NCBI GenBank assembly: GCA_014381725.1
Contig: JACNLC010000085.1
Location: 12,569 to 76,568, forward strand
DNA: 64,000 bases
Reading direction: 5' to 3'
Origin: Fidelibacterota bacterium
Lineage (GTDB): Bacteria > Fidelibacterota > Marinisomatia > SCGC-AAA003-L08 > JACNLC01
The translations under genes and the position numbers were made by a program. Positions 1 to 9,822 of the stretch are shown here, in pieces. The notes under the pieces are model-generated. The model was not told the DNA's origin and did not search any database. It worked only from the letters and a program-made list of their open reading frames with translations. The first letter of the stretch is position 1. Each line of letters begins with the position of its first letter.

Positions 1-952
1 TATCCATTCCGCGATATTTTTTTGGGGCATTATCGTTAAGAGTTGCATTAGGGTGCATAATGTTGATTATGTCAAGATTATTTCGTTCACCCATTTCAAA
101 ATCGTTAGGGTCGTGTGCTGGTGTTACTTTTACACAACCGGTTCCAAATTCTTTATCAACATAACTATCTGCAAAAATTGGGATTTCTCTGTTAGTTATT
201 GGTAAAATTACAGATTTCCCCACAAGATGTTGATATCGCTCATCATCAGGATTGATTGCTACGCCAGTATCACCAAGCATTGTTTCCGGTCTTGTAGTCG
301 CAACTGTTAGAAATTCATCTGAATCTTTGATTGGATATTTGAAATACCATAGATTTCCTTGAGATTCTTGATATATAACTTCTTCATCGGAAACGGCTGT
401 AAGTCCAACTGGGTCCCAGTTGATAATCCGCTCACCACGGTAGATTAAACCATCATTGTATAGTTTGACAAATGTTTCGAGAACTGCACGACTGTATTTT
501 TCGTCCATCGTGAATTTTTCTCGATTCCATTCGCAAGAACAACCTAATTTTTTAAGCTGTTTAATGATAATTCCACCGTATTGATTTTTCCACTCCCACG
601 CGTGTTTTAGAAATTCATCTCTTCCAATTTCCCGTTTACTGATTTTTTTCTCTTTCAGCATTTTGGTGACTTTTGCTTCAGTAGCAATGGAAGCATGGTC
701 AGTCCCTGGAAGCCACAATGTATTTTTGCCAAGCATCCTTGCTCGTCTAACCAAAACATCTTGAATTGTATTGTTTAGCACATGCCCCATAGTAAGGATT
801 CCAGTTACATTTGGTGGTGGAATCATTATTGTAAATGTTTCAGCATCCGAAGTCATATCTGGCTCAAATGCAGAAGATTTTTCCCAAGTAGAATACCACT
901 TATCTTCAACTTCAGATGGATTGTAGATTTTTGCTAATTCTCTGTTTGACAT
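1..952 (-). CDS. valS: valine--tRNA ligase, N-terminal ~317 codons (gene continues past window edge)
   Basis: Absent from ORF track because it runs off the window. Own translation from ATG 952..950: MSNRELAKIYNPSEVEDKWYSTWEKS...IMIPPPNVTGILTMGHVLNNTIQD...GTDHASIATE...TTRPETMLGDTGVAINPDDERY...KVTPAHDPNDFEMG. This shows the class-I HIGH-type signature and ValRS-like motifs. Confidence 0.85.
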   Translation of the reverse strand, partial: MSNRELAKIYNPSEVEDKWYSTWEKSSAFEPDMTSDAETFTIMIPPPNVTGILTMGHVLNNTIQDVLVRRARMLGKNTLWLPGTDHASIATEAKVTKMLKEKKISKREIGRDEFLKHAWEWKNQYGGIIIKQLKKLGCSCEWNREKFTMDEKYSRAVLETFVKLYNDGLIYRGERIINWDPVGLTAVSDEEVIYQESQGNLWYFKYPIKDSDEFLTVATTRPETMLGDTGVAINPDDERYQHLVGKSVILPITNREIPIFADSYVDKEFGTGCVKVTPAHDPNDFEMGERNNLDIINIMHPNATLNDNAPKKYRGMD

Positions 953-1214
953 TTTACTCCTGTCAGTTTTATTCAAATCTCATAAAATTATTACATAAAT
1001 ATAGGTGTAAGTTTACTTGAATTTTATGATTTCTTAAAGAAGGAAATTCTATTTAGTTGAAATTTAGTATTTATTTACTTTTTTCTTATGGAGTTTTAAC
1101 TGCTTTTTAGCTAGTTTTAATCGATCCTTTTCAGATTTGTATTCAATTGGAGATGTAGATTTTTGTTAATCAACTTTAACAAATTTATAATATTGTCAAA
1201 TTCAATCGTGGATC

Positions 1215-3548
1215 TTAAAATTCAATTGTCGTTTCAATAGAAGTTGATGTAATAGTTTCATCTTCACCACTAATTTTTCCATCACCATTTATATCACGAT
1301 AAGATTGTTGGAAAATCCAGCTCATAATTGTTCCACCTCCAATATCAACTGAAACATTGTAGCCAATTAAAGTCCCTTCACTTTTGATTTCCCAAGGATC
1401 ATCCACATTCATTCGATTGATATATGCGCTTGCACTTTTCAATTTTGGAATAAAACTCGGATAAATACTTAGATTTCCTTCAATACCTTTAACTGTTTCG
1501 CTATCGGAAGATCTCATATCTTGATACCCGAATGACAAACTAGCAATATTAAAAATGTTTGAAGATATACTACCAAAAACTCCGCTCATTTTTGTGTCGC
1601 GATAAAGTTGCTCATATTTTGTAATTGGATGAAGTCCAATTGTATCGGTTTCTTCTGTAAGATCAATAAATGATACTCTTTCGACATCATAATTATGATT
1701 AAAGAGTCCATAAACAAAATGACCTGCGGAGCGTCTGTATTCTATATTAATATCAAACAATTTTAGGAATTTAGCTTTCAATCCCGGCATAACCATACCC
1801 CAACCGTAGGAAAGATTGTCGAGTTGTTTATCTATATTGTAGAAATCATATTTTTCACCAAAATATGTCCCGACTTCAGAATATGCAGTTAAATTTACCC
1901 AATCATTGCTGAAAATTGGATATCCAATATCAAAACTTAGTGAATTAAGTGAATGACGATTTTTGTTTACATTGAAAGGAATTGGATTTAATAATATATC
2001 AACATCATCTTCATCAGCATCTAAAATATTATCTCCATCAGCATCAATATCCCAACCACTTTCTGGTATAACCACATCTTCGTCAAAGTGTTCATCAGGG
2101 ATGCCATCTCCATCTGTATCATTATACCATTCATCAATATTTGGGAAGTCATCAACAATATCCGGATATCCATCTCCATCTTTGTCTGTTAATCCCAAAT
2201 ACGGATTAAAATCAGAAATCCATGATGTGCCGAACTTCAATTGCCCAATGTTATAGGTTCCTCTTAAACCTATCAAACCGGAATGCCATTTCAAATCTGA
2301 TATCATTAGCTCAACACCAACCTCATTTGAAGTAAATCCTGTATGCAATCCCAGTTTCTTAACATCTGGATATTCGATGCTATTAGAGTAATTGTTCATA
2401 ATCAAACCATAACCGAGAGTTGCTTTTTCAATTGTTCCAGCTCTTACAAAAAATGGATCTCCTTGTTGACCCCACCGAACATACATGATTTTATCGAAAA
2501 TATCCGAAAATTCGTTCCAGTCTTCGTCTCTGAGATTCCCATCTTGATCCAAATATAAAACTATGTCCAATCCAATACCGAGTTTCCCAAAAGAAATATC
2601 AGGACGAAGTGCAATTTGGTTGTAGAGATCCCCATCAATTGTAACAGCACCAAAACCAGCTTTCATATCAAGATTCTCACCAAATAATGGCTCTGACTTT
2701 TCTTCTTTTGGTTGTTCAGATGTTTCTGGTTGTTCTTGGGTAAGTGCATCTTCTTCAGTTATAGGTTGTATGTTGGCTTCAGTCAATTCTTCTAATTCGA
2801 ATACAGGAGTGGATTGTTCAGTAATAATAGGTTCTGTTTCAAGTAATGTTTGAGATTCTTTTGTAAGAATCTCATCAGGTTCATCAGATATATTATTCTC
2901 GACCAATTCTTCTAGTTCTTCCTTTATTTGTTTGTTTTCATCGATAGGCTCATTTGCTCCAAACTCTTCTTCAGGATCTAATGGAGTTTCTGCTGAGGGG
3001 ACCAACAATAATTCACCCGAATTTGAACATTTGACAGTCTCACCTGAATTTGCTGTGGCGATTTCGCCTGTTGAATTGTTTAACACATCTACAGCTCCGG
3101 TTATCACGCAGATTCTATCAACGCCTAATGGTTTAGACTCAACCCAAAATTCTGTACCTTTAACAGATGCAACCGAAGTTGGAGTAGCAATTCTAAAACT
3201 TCCATTACCGGCTTTTTCATAGCTAGTAAAAACTGTGCCAAAATCAAGATTCATACGATATTGATAAAGCTTTGAATCTGGATCACCTTTCAAACTTAAT
3301 TCTGTATTAGGTCTAAGTTTAATTTGAGTCTTATCATCAAGCAATACAAGAATTAGATAACCGTTCTCTGTTTTTATCTTGTCATTTTCTTCTAAGATGG
3401 TTCCAACTGGAATTCCCTTTGAAAATTCTTTGTCAGTAATTTTCAATAGAAAAACATCACCATAAGTTTTTGTAACAACTGCAATCTTTCCGGCAGACAG
3501 TAGTGAGATAAAGACCATTAAGACAAAAGTTATCGTTGAATTTTTCAT
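1215..3548 (-). CDS. secreted FecR-domain protein with acidic linker, thrombospondin-type-3-like Ca-binding repeats and putative C-terminal outer-membrane beta-barrel
   Basis: Signal peptide MKNSTITFVLMVFISLLSAG. FecR-like segment (SVKGTEFWV). Roughly 100-aa E/P/T/Q-rich linker. D-x-D-x-DG repeats (DKDGDGYPD, DTDGDGIPD, DIDADGDNILD). Long alternating-strand C-terminal region ending ...TTIEF (OMP beta-signal-like terminal Phe). Confidence 0.5.
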   Translation of the reverse strand: MKNSTITFVLMVFISLLSAGKIAVVTKTYGDVFLLKITDKEFSKGIPVGTILEENDKIKTENGYLILVLLDDKTQIKLRPNTELSLKGDPDSKLYQYRMNLDFGTVFTSYEKAGNGSFRIATPTSVASVKGTEFWVESKPLGVDRICVITGAVDVLNNSTGEIATANSGETVKCSNSGELLLVPSAETPLDPEEEFGANEPIDENKQIKEELEELVENNISDEPDEILTKESQTLLETEPIITEQSTPVFELEELTEANIQPITEEDALTQEQPETSEQPKEEKSEPLFGENLDMKAGFGAVTIDGDLYNQIALRPDISFGKLGIGLDIVLYLDQDGNLRDEDWNEFSDIFDKIMYVRWGQQGDPFFVRAGTIEKATLGYGLIMNNYSNSIEYPDVKKLGLHTGFTSNEVGVELMISDLKWHSGLIGLRGTYNIGQLKFGTSWISDFNPYLGLTDKDGDGYPDIVDDFPNIDEWYNDTDGDGIPDEHFDEDVVIPESGWDIDADGDNILDADEDDVDILLNPIPFNVNKNRHSLNSLSFDIGYPIFSNDWVNLTAYSEVGTYFGEKYDFYNIDKQLDNLSYGWGMVMPGLKAKFLKLFDINIEYRRSAGHFVYGLFNHNYDVERVSFIDLTEETDTIGLHPITKYEQLYRDTKMSGVFGSISSNIFNIASLSFGYQDMRSSDSETVKGIEGNLSIYPSFIPKLKSASAYINRMNVDDPWEIKSEGTLIGYNVSVDIGGGTIMSWIFQQSYRDINGDGKISGEDETITSTSIETTIEF

Positions 3549-3731
3549 AATATCCTCTATAATTAAGTGGTTTTGTTAATGAAACTAAATCAATTCTTTG
3601 GTTAAAATTAACTATTATTTATGAATTTTTTACATAATTTCCGAATCGATTTTAAAATAACTAAAAGTTTGAGTTATATTCTTGCGCAATATTGGTGCGT
3701 TTTTCATTAATTTAAAGTAGAAAATATTAAA

Positions 3732-4619
3732 ATGGACAGTTATTTCCACTGGTTTACAAAGTTTTTCACTTATTCATCTATCCAAGTCAAAATTATTGCA
3801 TCCGTATTGGCTGTTTTCGTTTATTTCATTGGTCGAAAAATAATCTTAAAATTTGTGATGAAATCCACCGATGACCCTAAAATTCGGTATAATTGGCAAA
3901 AGACAACAGGATATATCGGTGCTATAATTGTGATGATTATTATAGGACGAATATGGTTTAAAGGAATTCAATCATTAGCAACTTATTTGGGATTGTTATC
4001 AGCTGGTATTGCAATTGCATTAAAAGATCCATTAACAAATATTACCGGGTGGCTTTTTATTTTGTGGCGAAGTCCGTTGGAAGTTGGGGATAGAATTCAA
4101 GTTGGGAAACACGCAGGTGATGTTATCGATGTGAATATATTCAAATTTACTATTATGGAAATCGGGAATTGGGTTAATGCTGACCAAAATACCGGTCGCA
4201 TAATTCATATACCAAATGGGAAAGTATTCACAGAAACTTTAGCAAATTATGGTAAAGGATTTAAGTATATTTGGAACGAGATTCCCGTGCTAATCACCTT
4301 TGAGAGTAATTGGGAAAAAGCTAAAGATATTCTTTCTGAAATTTCAAAAAAACACGCTGAGCATTTAAGTAAAGCGGCATCCAAAAGACTAAAATTAACA
4401 ACGAAAAAGTTCCTCATCCATCAACCCAATTTTGCCCCTACAGTTTATACTAAAGTGGAAGATAGTGGAGTGTTGCTGACTATTAGGTATTTATGTAATC
4501 CAAGGAAACGCCGAGATAGCGAGCAAGATATTTGGGAAGAAGTTCTTAAACAATTTTCTAATCAAAAAGAAATAGATTTTGCATATCCAACAACACGATT
4601 TTATAAGGAAGAAATGTAA
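3732..4619 (+). CDS. mechanosensitive ion channel family protein (MscS-like)
   Basis: Three N-terminal TM helices, then the MscS beta-domain pattern LLSAGIAIALKDPLTNITGWLFILWRSPLEVGDRIQVGKHAGDVIDVNIFKFTIME. Confidence 0.8.
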   Translation: MDSYFHWFTKFFTYSSIQVKIIASVLAVFVYFIGRKIILKFVMKSTDDPKIRYNWQKTTGYIGAIIVMIIIGRIWFKGIQSLATYLGLLSAGIAIALKDPLTNITGWLFILWRSPLEVGDRIQVGKHAGDVIDVNIFKFTIMEIGNWVNADQNTGRIIHIPNGKVFTETLANYGKGFKYIWNEIPVLITFESNWEKAKDILSEISKKHAEHLSKAASKRLKLTTKKFLIHQPNFAPTVYTKVEDSGVLLTIRYLCNPRKRRDSEQDIWEEVLKQFSNQKEIDFAYPTTRFYKEEM

Positions 4620-4852
4620 AGGATACTGAACACCGAATAGAATTATCAGTTACGAATTAAAAAAACACAACAATTATAGCTAAGTAGAAATATAACATAA
4701 ATTCAACTTTTGTATTTTGTGAGAACTAAAGTATCTACTGTCAATTATATTATCCTTGCAAGGTTTCAAAACTCTAGCAAGGTTAGATTGCCTACTAAAA
4801 TATTCCTCACTAAATTATTGTCCGTTGTTAGTAACTAAATGTAAATTGTGAT

Positions 4853-6202
4853 ATGAAGTTATCTACAATTCTATATTTGTTGTTGTTGTTCACATCATTA
4901 TTTTCACAAGGTCCAATTGTTGTTCGTGTTCCAATCGAAGGCACAATTGATATGGGACTTCCATATTACATCGAAAGAGCAATTGATGAAGCCGAAAACC
5001 AAAATGCTACTGCAATCATTTTTGATATTGATACATTTGGTGGGCGTGTAGATGCTGCAACACAAATAAAAGATGCTATTTTGGATTGTAAAATCCCAAC
5101 TATTGCCTTTATTAATCGTAGAGCAATTTCTGCAGGAGCGTTGATTTCGCTTTCATGTGATTCAATATTTATGACAAGCGGAGCAACAATTGGTGCTGCA
5201 ACTGCTGTTGACATTGAGGGCAAAAAAGCATCCGAAAAAGTGATTTCATATATGAGAGAGGAAATGGCATCAACAGCAGAGGCAAACGGTCGTTCTCGCG
5301 ATATTGCAATAGGAATGGTGGACGAAGAAATCGAAATCCCATTTTATATTTCCACGGATGCCGACACTATTTTTGCAGAAAATATTGAGGGATTTAAAGA
5401 AGGTAAACTCATTACACTTTCTACAAAATATGCTTTACTTCTAGGTGTTGCAAATCAAGAATTGGAAACTATTCAGGAAATATTAACTCACCTCGAACTT
5501 ACAAATGCAAAAATTGTTGAAATCGCTGCATCGTGGTCAGAAAATTTAGTTCGATTTCTAACCAATCCAACAGTTGCACCGTTATTGATGACACTCGGAT
5601 TACTCGGATTATTATTCGAAGTTAAATCACCAGGGTTCGGATTTCCCGGAGCATTCGGGTTACTATGTTTGGCATTATTTTTTGGCTCACATTTGTTAGT
5701 AGGTTTGGCAGATGTATTTGAAATGCTACTACTAATAACTGGCATCATTTTGATTCTGTTGGAAATTTTTGTTATACCCGGATTCGGTATCGCCGGAATT
5801 GTAGGGGGTGCATTGGTTATATGGAGTTTGTTCAAAATGTTGGTGGGAGATTATCCTACTCCAAATGATCTGAAAAATGCTTATTACGGACTTTCTTTCG
5901 GAGTTGTTGTCGCGTTTTTTGCTGGAATTATGTTGTTTAAAGCATTAACAAAATCCAAATTATATCAAAAGATTATTCCGATAACATCACAGAAAAAAGA
6001 TGCTGGATACTCTATTTCTAAAGGTTATGAAAAACTTATCGGAAATACAGGCGTTGCAAAAACTGACCTTCGCCCAACAGGTATTGTCATTATAGAAAAC
6101 GAAATTTATCAAGCAATGAGCCTCGGAGATTATATTGAAAAAGAATCTTCAATAGTGGTTTTAGGGATTGACGAGAATCAATTAACAGTTAAAAAAACAT
6201 AA
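4853..6202 (+). CDS. NfeD-family membrane-bound ClpP-class serine protease
   Basis: Signal peptide. ClpP-like domain ([17 protein letters not shown]...[14 protein letters not shown]). Multi-TM middle region. C-terminal NfeD OB-fold ([27 protein letters not shown]). Sits directly upstream of floA, as in known nfeD-flotillin operons. Confidence 0.8.
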   Translation: MKLSTILYLLLLFTSLFSQGPIVVRVPIEGTIDMGLPYYIERAIDEAENQNATAIIFDIDTFGGRVDAATQIKDAILDCKIPTIAFINRRAISAGALISLSCDSIFMTSGATIGAATAVDIEGKKASEKVISYMREEMASTAEANGRSRDIAIGMVDEEIEIPFYISTDADTIFAENIEGFKEGKLITLSTKYALLLGVANQELETIQEILTHLELTNAKIVEIAASWSENLVRFLTNPTVAPLLMTLGLLGLLFEVKSPGFGFPGAFGLLCLALFFGSHLLVGLADVFEMLLLITGIILILLEIFVIPGFGIAGIVGGALVIWSLFKMLVGDYPTPNDLKNAYYGLSFGVVVAFFAGIMLFKALTKSKLYQKIIPITSQKKDAGYSISKGYEKLIGNTGVAKTDLRPTGIVIIENEIYQAMSLGDYIEKESSIVVLGIDENQLTVKKT

Positions 6203-6222
6203 ATAAAAGAAAGGTAAGTAAA

Positions 6223-7215
6223 ATGGATGGAATTTTAATAGTGGGACCAATTATATTTTTAGTAGTAATTGTCTTCTTCTACCTTGTACCACTCGGGTTG
6301 TGGATACAAACCGGAGTATCAATTGGTTGGGGAAAAGTAGGGATGATCAAATTGGTAGTAATGCGAATCAGAAAAATCCCACCAAAGTTGATTTCTGACG
6401 GAGTTATCAATTTGCATCGTGCAGGTTTGGATTATATAACATCAGAAGATTTAGAAACACACTTTTTAGCAGGTGGTAACATAATCAATGTTGTGGATGC
6501 ACTAATTGCTGCTGACAAAGCAAATATTGAACTGACATTCCAAACTGCAGCTGCGATTGATTTAGCAGGACGAGATGTGAAAGAAGCGGTGCAAACAAGC
6601 GTTTATCCAAAAGTGATTAACTGTCCTAAAGAAGGTAAAGTTTCTGCAGTATCAAAAGATGGAATTCAGCTTCACTCAAAAGCTCGTGTAACTGTTCGGA
6701 CAAATATTGACCAACTTGTAGGTGGAGCAACGGACGACACCGTGATTGCACGAGTTGGGGAGGGAATTGTGAGTGCGATTGGTTCTGCTAAATCTTATAA
6801 ATCTGTGTTAGAAAATCCTGATGATATATCGAGAGCAGTATTATCAAAAGGATTAGATTCAGGAACAGCATACTCAATTTTGTCAATTGATATTGCAGAT
6901 GTTGATGTAGGAAATAATGTAGGTGCGCATCTTGAAGCCGACCAAGCCGAAGCCGACAAAAAAGTAGCTCAAGCAAAAGCTGAAAGTCGTAGAGCAATGG
7001 CTGTTGCAGCAGAGCAGGAAATGCAAGCAAAAGTCCAAGAAATGCAAGCAAAAGTTGTTGAAGCTGAAGCTGAAGTTCCAAAAGCGATGGCTCAAGCATT
7101 CCGCGAAGGGAATTTGGGTATTATGGATTATTACAATATGCAAAATGTCAAATCCGATACCAAGATGAGAGATTCAATTGCTGGACAAGATTCTGAAGAA
7201 AAAACCAACGAATAG
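6223..7215 (+). CDS. floA: flotillin-like protein FloA (UPF0365/YqfA family, SPFH domain)
   Basis: Near-colinear similarity to B. subtilis FloA recalled from memory: ...[27 protein letters not shown]...[10 protein letters not shown]...[15 protein letters not shown]...[12 protein letters not shown]...[27 protein letters not shown]... Confidence 0.85.
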   Translation: MDGILIVGPIIFLVVIVFFYLVPLGLWIQTGVSIGWGKVGMIKLVVMRIRKIPPKLISDGVINLHRAGLDYITSEDLETHFLAGGNIINVVDALIAADKANIELTFQTAAAIDLAGRDVKEAVQTSVYPKVINCPKEGKVSAVSKDGIQLHSKARVTVRTNIDQLVGGATDDTVIARVGEGIVSAIGSAKSYKSVLENPDDISRAVLSKGLDSGTAYSILSIDIADVDVGNNVGAHLEADQAEADKKVAQAKAESRRAMAVAAEQEMQAKVQEMQAKVVEAEAEVPKAMAQAFREGNLGIMDYYNMQNVKSDTKMRDSIAGQDSEEKTNE

Positions 7216-7318
7216 ATAATGGTCTCTAAATATAAACCATTAAGATGGTTAATAATCTATTATTTTTCTGTTAACCCACGGCTTAGGTCGTGGGTTACGG
7301 ATCCAGCAGAAATTATCG

Positions 7319-7376
7319 AAACCGTTTTACCTGTCCGTGCTCGCTACTTTACAGGAGCAGGTGGAACGGTTTTTAG
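7319..7376 (+). terminator. long imperfect hairpin followed by a T-run (terminator or attenuator after floA)
   Basis: AAACCGTT (7319-7326) pairs with AACGGTTT (7365-7372). Inner pairing: ACCTG (7329-7333) with CAGGT (7358-7362), plus two U-G wobbles. TTTT follows. A separate 8-bp hairpin, AACCCACG/CGTGGGTT, lies at 7273-7296. Confidence 0.4.
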
Positions 7377-7382
7377 TAAGGT

Positions 7383-7832
7383 ATGCTAGTGGTCTATTTT
7401 GCTGAAATGAGTAATTGGGGTATAATCCTACTAATATGGTGGTTGGTTTCAATGTTTTTGGGCAAGAAGAAAAAGAAACTGCAAAAAACCGGGGACGCGG
7501 AATCATCTCCCCCAGCAGAATCCGACCCATTTGATTTATTCAAAACTATTCGTGAGAATTTACCCGTATCAGAATCATTTGGGAAAACCGCTGAAATTGT
7601 AAAGGAAGAAATTATACGAAATGAAATCCCAAAAGTAGGGGTTGCACAACAACCAATTTCTTCTGAAGATGATTTAGATAATCCTCAATCTAAAGAACAG
7701 GATTTGGATGAATACAAACCGAAAATAAAAGTAAATTCATATAGAAAATTATTAAAGAAAAATGATGATGTCAGAACAGCTATAATTCTTAAAGAAATTT
7801 TAGATAAACCAAAGGCGCGGAGAAGCAGATAG
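7383..7832 (+). CDS. hypothetical membrane-anchored protein
   Basis: One N-terminal TM helix (WGIILLIWWLVSMFLG), then a K-rich stop-transfer and an acidic, low-complexity cytoplasmic region. Start is ambiguous (ATG 7383 or ATG 7407). Occupies the third position after nfeD-floA. Confidence 0.4.
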   Translation: MLVVYFAEMSNWGIILLIWWLVSMFLGKKKKKLQKTGDAESSPPAESDPFDLFKTIRENLPVSESFGKTAEIVKEEIIRNEIPKVGVAQQPISSEDDLDNPQSKEQDLDEYKPKIKVNSYRKLLKKNDDVRTAIILKEILDKPKARRSR

Positions 7833-7859
7833 CTGTTATTAAATTAAGATAATATTTAT

Positions 7860-8453
7860 TCAGATGAATCTGCTATAAAATTCTTCTAACTCATTTTTAA
7901 GTTCATCAATAGTCCCATTATTCTCGATAGTTTCATCAATCAGTTTTCGTTTTTCTTCTTCAGAAATTTGTAGATCCATTCTCTTCAAAACTTGATTTGG
8001 GGAAATATCTCCGCGACTGGTTACCCTCTCAATTCTGTGGTTTTTATTAGCAGTAATTAAGATGGTTTTATCAAATAGATTCTGTAAATCTGCTTCAATC
8101 AAAAGTGCGGCTTCTACAACGAATACCTTGACTTTTTCTTTTTCAGCTTTTTTCATTGCTTTGTCAATCAACACAAAAACTTCCGGCCACATAATCCCAT
8201 TAAGAATTTGTTGGTCAATTTTGTTGGAAAATGCTACTTCTGCCAGTGATTTGAAATTCAATTTATGATTATCGCCAACCACAGCAGAACCAAACGCATT
8301 GATTATTTTATGTTGCAATGCAATCGAATGTCGGAGATGATTTTTAGATTCATCATCTGCATTGAAAATTACTGCCCCTTTATCAGCAAAAAACTGTGAA
8401 GCTGTGGTCTTTCCAGAACCAATTCCACCTGTTATTCCTAGTTTAAACATCAC
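7860..8453 (-). CDS. coaE: dephospho-CoA kinase
   Basis: MFKLGITGGIGSGKTT P-loop at the N-terminus. Length (~197 aa) and overall pattern fit CoaE. Confidence 0.85.
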   Translation of the reverse strand: MMFKLGITGGIGSGKTTASQFFADKGAVIFNADDESKNHLRHSIALQHKIINAFGSAVVGDNHKLNFKSLAEVAFSNKIDQQILNGIMWPEVFVLIDKAMKKAEKEKVKVFVVEAALLIEADLQNLFDKTILITANKNHRIERVTSRGDISPNQVLKRMDLQISEEEKRKLIDETIENNGTIDELKNELEEFYSRFI

Positions 8454-9004
8454 CTTAACTCTTTTCTAAGTAATCTCCAACGGTCGCTGTCAATTATTTG
8501 CTCACCGGAATTTATCTTTTTAATCATAACCATAACATCTTCTATCGATTCGTAAATAAAATGATGGGGAAACATTCCGAGTAGCCAAAGTGGAGTTTTT
8601 TTCTTTCCTCCTTCCATACTGACAAAAATTGGTTTTTTCATTCTAACTGCGGTTACAATTTCTTCAGCACTTCCCCAGCTGGCAACATCTGGAAGTAAAT
8701 GGGCAATTATAAAATCTGACCGGTCAACCAAATTCAAATCATAACTTCTAACTATTTTCATTCTATTAGCAACATCAGAAAAAAGTCCGTTATCCATATC
8801 TGAAAGCATTTTGCGACGAGCTTCCTCGTCTTCTTTCACATCTTTCACAAATGGTTTTTTGTATGGATTAAATACTGTGATGTTCAGTTTTTCCAGTTCT
8901 TCTTCTACATATTCTCGCCAATCTTGTCCGTCGGAATATTGCATGTGACCAACCAAATAAGTTTTGGTGAACTCCAATAAATTTTTGTTGTTAGATATTT
9001 TCAC
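8450..9004 (-). CDS. nucleoside 2-deoxyribosyltransferase-like superfamily protein (function unknown)
   Basis: YLVGHM near the N-terminus, resembling the YLAGP motif. The segment DLNLVDRSDFIIAHLLPDVASWGSAEEIVTAVRMKKPIFV matches the family pattern D-x-x-(I/V)-x-x-x-D-x-(V/I)-(I/V)-A...G(T/S)xxE(I/L)G-x-A...KP(V/I). Overlaps coaE by 4 nt. Confidence 0.45.
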   Translation of the reverse strand: MKISNNKNLLEFTKTYLVGHMQYSDGQDWREYVEEELEKLNITVFNPYKKPFVKDVKEDEEARRKMLSDMDNGLFSDVANRMKIVRSYDLNLVDRSDFIIAHLLPDVASWGSAEEIVTAVRMKKPIFVSMEGGKKKTPLWLLGMFPHHFIYESIEDVMVMIKKINSGEQIIDSDRWRLLRKELR

Positions 9005-9012
9005 AATAAATC

Positions 9013-9654
9013 CTAATTTAATATAGAAGAAATGTTGTTTTTGACCTCTTGAATTGTTCCTAGTCCAATTACAGATTTTACTAAATTTTGTTTAGTGTAA
9101 AAGTCCACAAGTGGTTCTGTTTGTCGGCTGTAAATCTCCAATCTTTTGGTAATTGTTTCTGGCTTGTCATCATCTCTTTGATATAACTCTCCGTTGCACT
9201 GATTGCAGATTCCTTCGGTTTTGGGAGGATCAAACATCAGATTGTAAACTGCTCCGCAATTCTTACAAGAACGACGAGAAGATAATCGTTTTATTACTTC
9301 TTCATTTGCTACGGTAATTACTAATACCACATCCAAATTTTCATTCATCTCTGTGAGAAGTTTATCTAATCCTCTTGCTTGTGGGATGGTGCGAGGAAAT
9401 CCATCAAGAATATATCCATTTTTGCAATCATCTTCTTGCAAACGATTTTTCATCATCCCAAGAATAACATCATCAGGAACAAGTTTACCTGCATTCATAA
9501 ATTTTTGTGCTTCAATTCCCATTTGTGTATTTTTACGGATATTTGCTCTCAACATATCTCCAGTAGAAATCTGTGGAATTGAGTATTTTTCAACTAAATA
9601 TTTAGCTTGTGTTCCTTTGCCTACACCCGGAGGTCCAACCAAAATCATTTTCAT
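9013..9654 (-). CDS. adk: adenylate kinase (zinc-lid type)
   Basis: ILVGPPGVGKGTQA P-loop and GFPRTIPQA motif. Lid carries CKNCG...CNQC (4-Cys zinc lid). The track start is TTG 9672. ATG 9654 has the best spacing to the AAGGA Shine-Dalgarno (SD) sequence; 9660 and 9648 are also possible. Confidence 0.9.
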   Translation of the reverse strand: MKMILVGPPGVGKGTQAKYLVEKYSIPQISTGDMLRANIRKNTQMGIEAQKFMNAGKLVPDDVILGMMKNRLQEDDCKNGYILDGFPRTIPQARGLDKLLTEMNENLDVVLVITVANEEVIKRLSSRRSCKNCGAVYNLMFDPPKTEGICNQCNGELYQRDDDKPETITKRLEIYSRQTEPLVDFYTKQNLVKSVIGLGTIQEVKNNISSILN

Positions 9655-9822
9655 TTTCATAAATCCTTTCAAAATTTAGTTATAATAATTTAAGATAATT
9701 AGCACTATTGATTTTAAAATATGAGAGAAATATTCTATAATGAAATCCCTGCAATTGTAGCTGTTAACCACGATGCAATTGCACTACAAAACATCGCTTT
9801 AATTCCGACGAAATTCATTTAA

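Noticed and set aside
4754-4784. Palindrome CCTTGCAAGG and a GCAAGGTT direct repeat (4758 and 4777) upstream of nfeD, considered as a sigma-W-like promoter or operator.
   Set aside because: The TGAAAC-like element is on the wrong strand for nfeD. The repeats are short and there is no supporting -10 element. The evidence is too weak to call.
6990-7060. 18-nt tandem duplication in the floA 3' region (GAAATGCAAGCAAAAGT twice; [14 protein letters not shown]).
   Set aside because: The equivalent region of B. subtilis FloA already has a similar repeated EEM(R)A(R/K)V motif. This is a conserved coiled-coil feature, not a recent slippage event.
7216-7382. Structured spacer considered as an SRP RNA, 6S RNA, tmRNA or riboswitch.
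   Set aside because: I could find none of the conserved cores I know (SRP GGAA/AGCA symmetric loop context, RNase P GAGGAAAGUCC, tmRNA tRNA-like end, common riboswitch boxes). I kept it only as a terminator/attenuator candidate.
9735-9818. 27-codon hydrophobic ORF (MNFVGIKAMFCSAIASWLTATIAGISL) 4 nt downstream of cdd on the minus strand.
   Set aside because: There is no SD and it is very short. In AT-rich DNA such an ORF can arise by chance, and I have no family recognition. I did not call it as a feature, but it could be revisited with conservation data.
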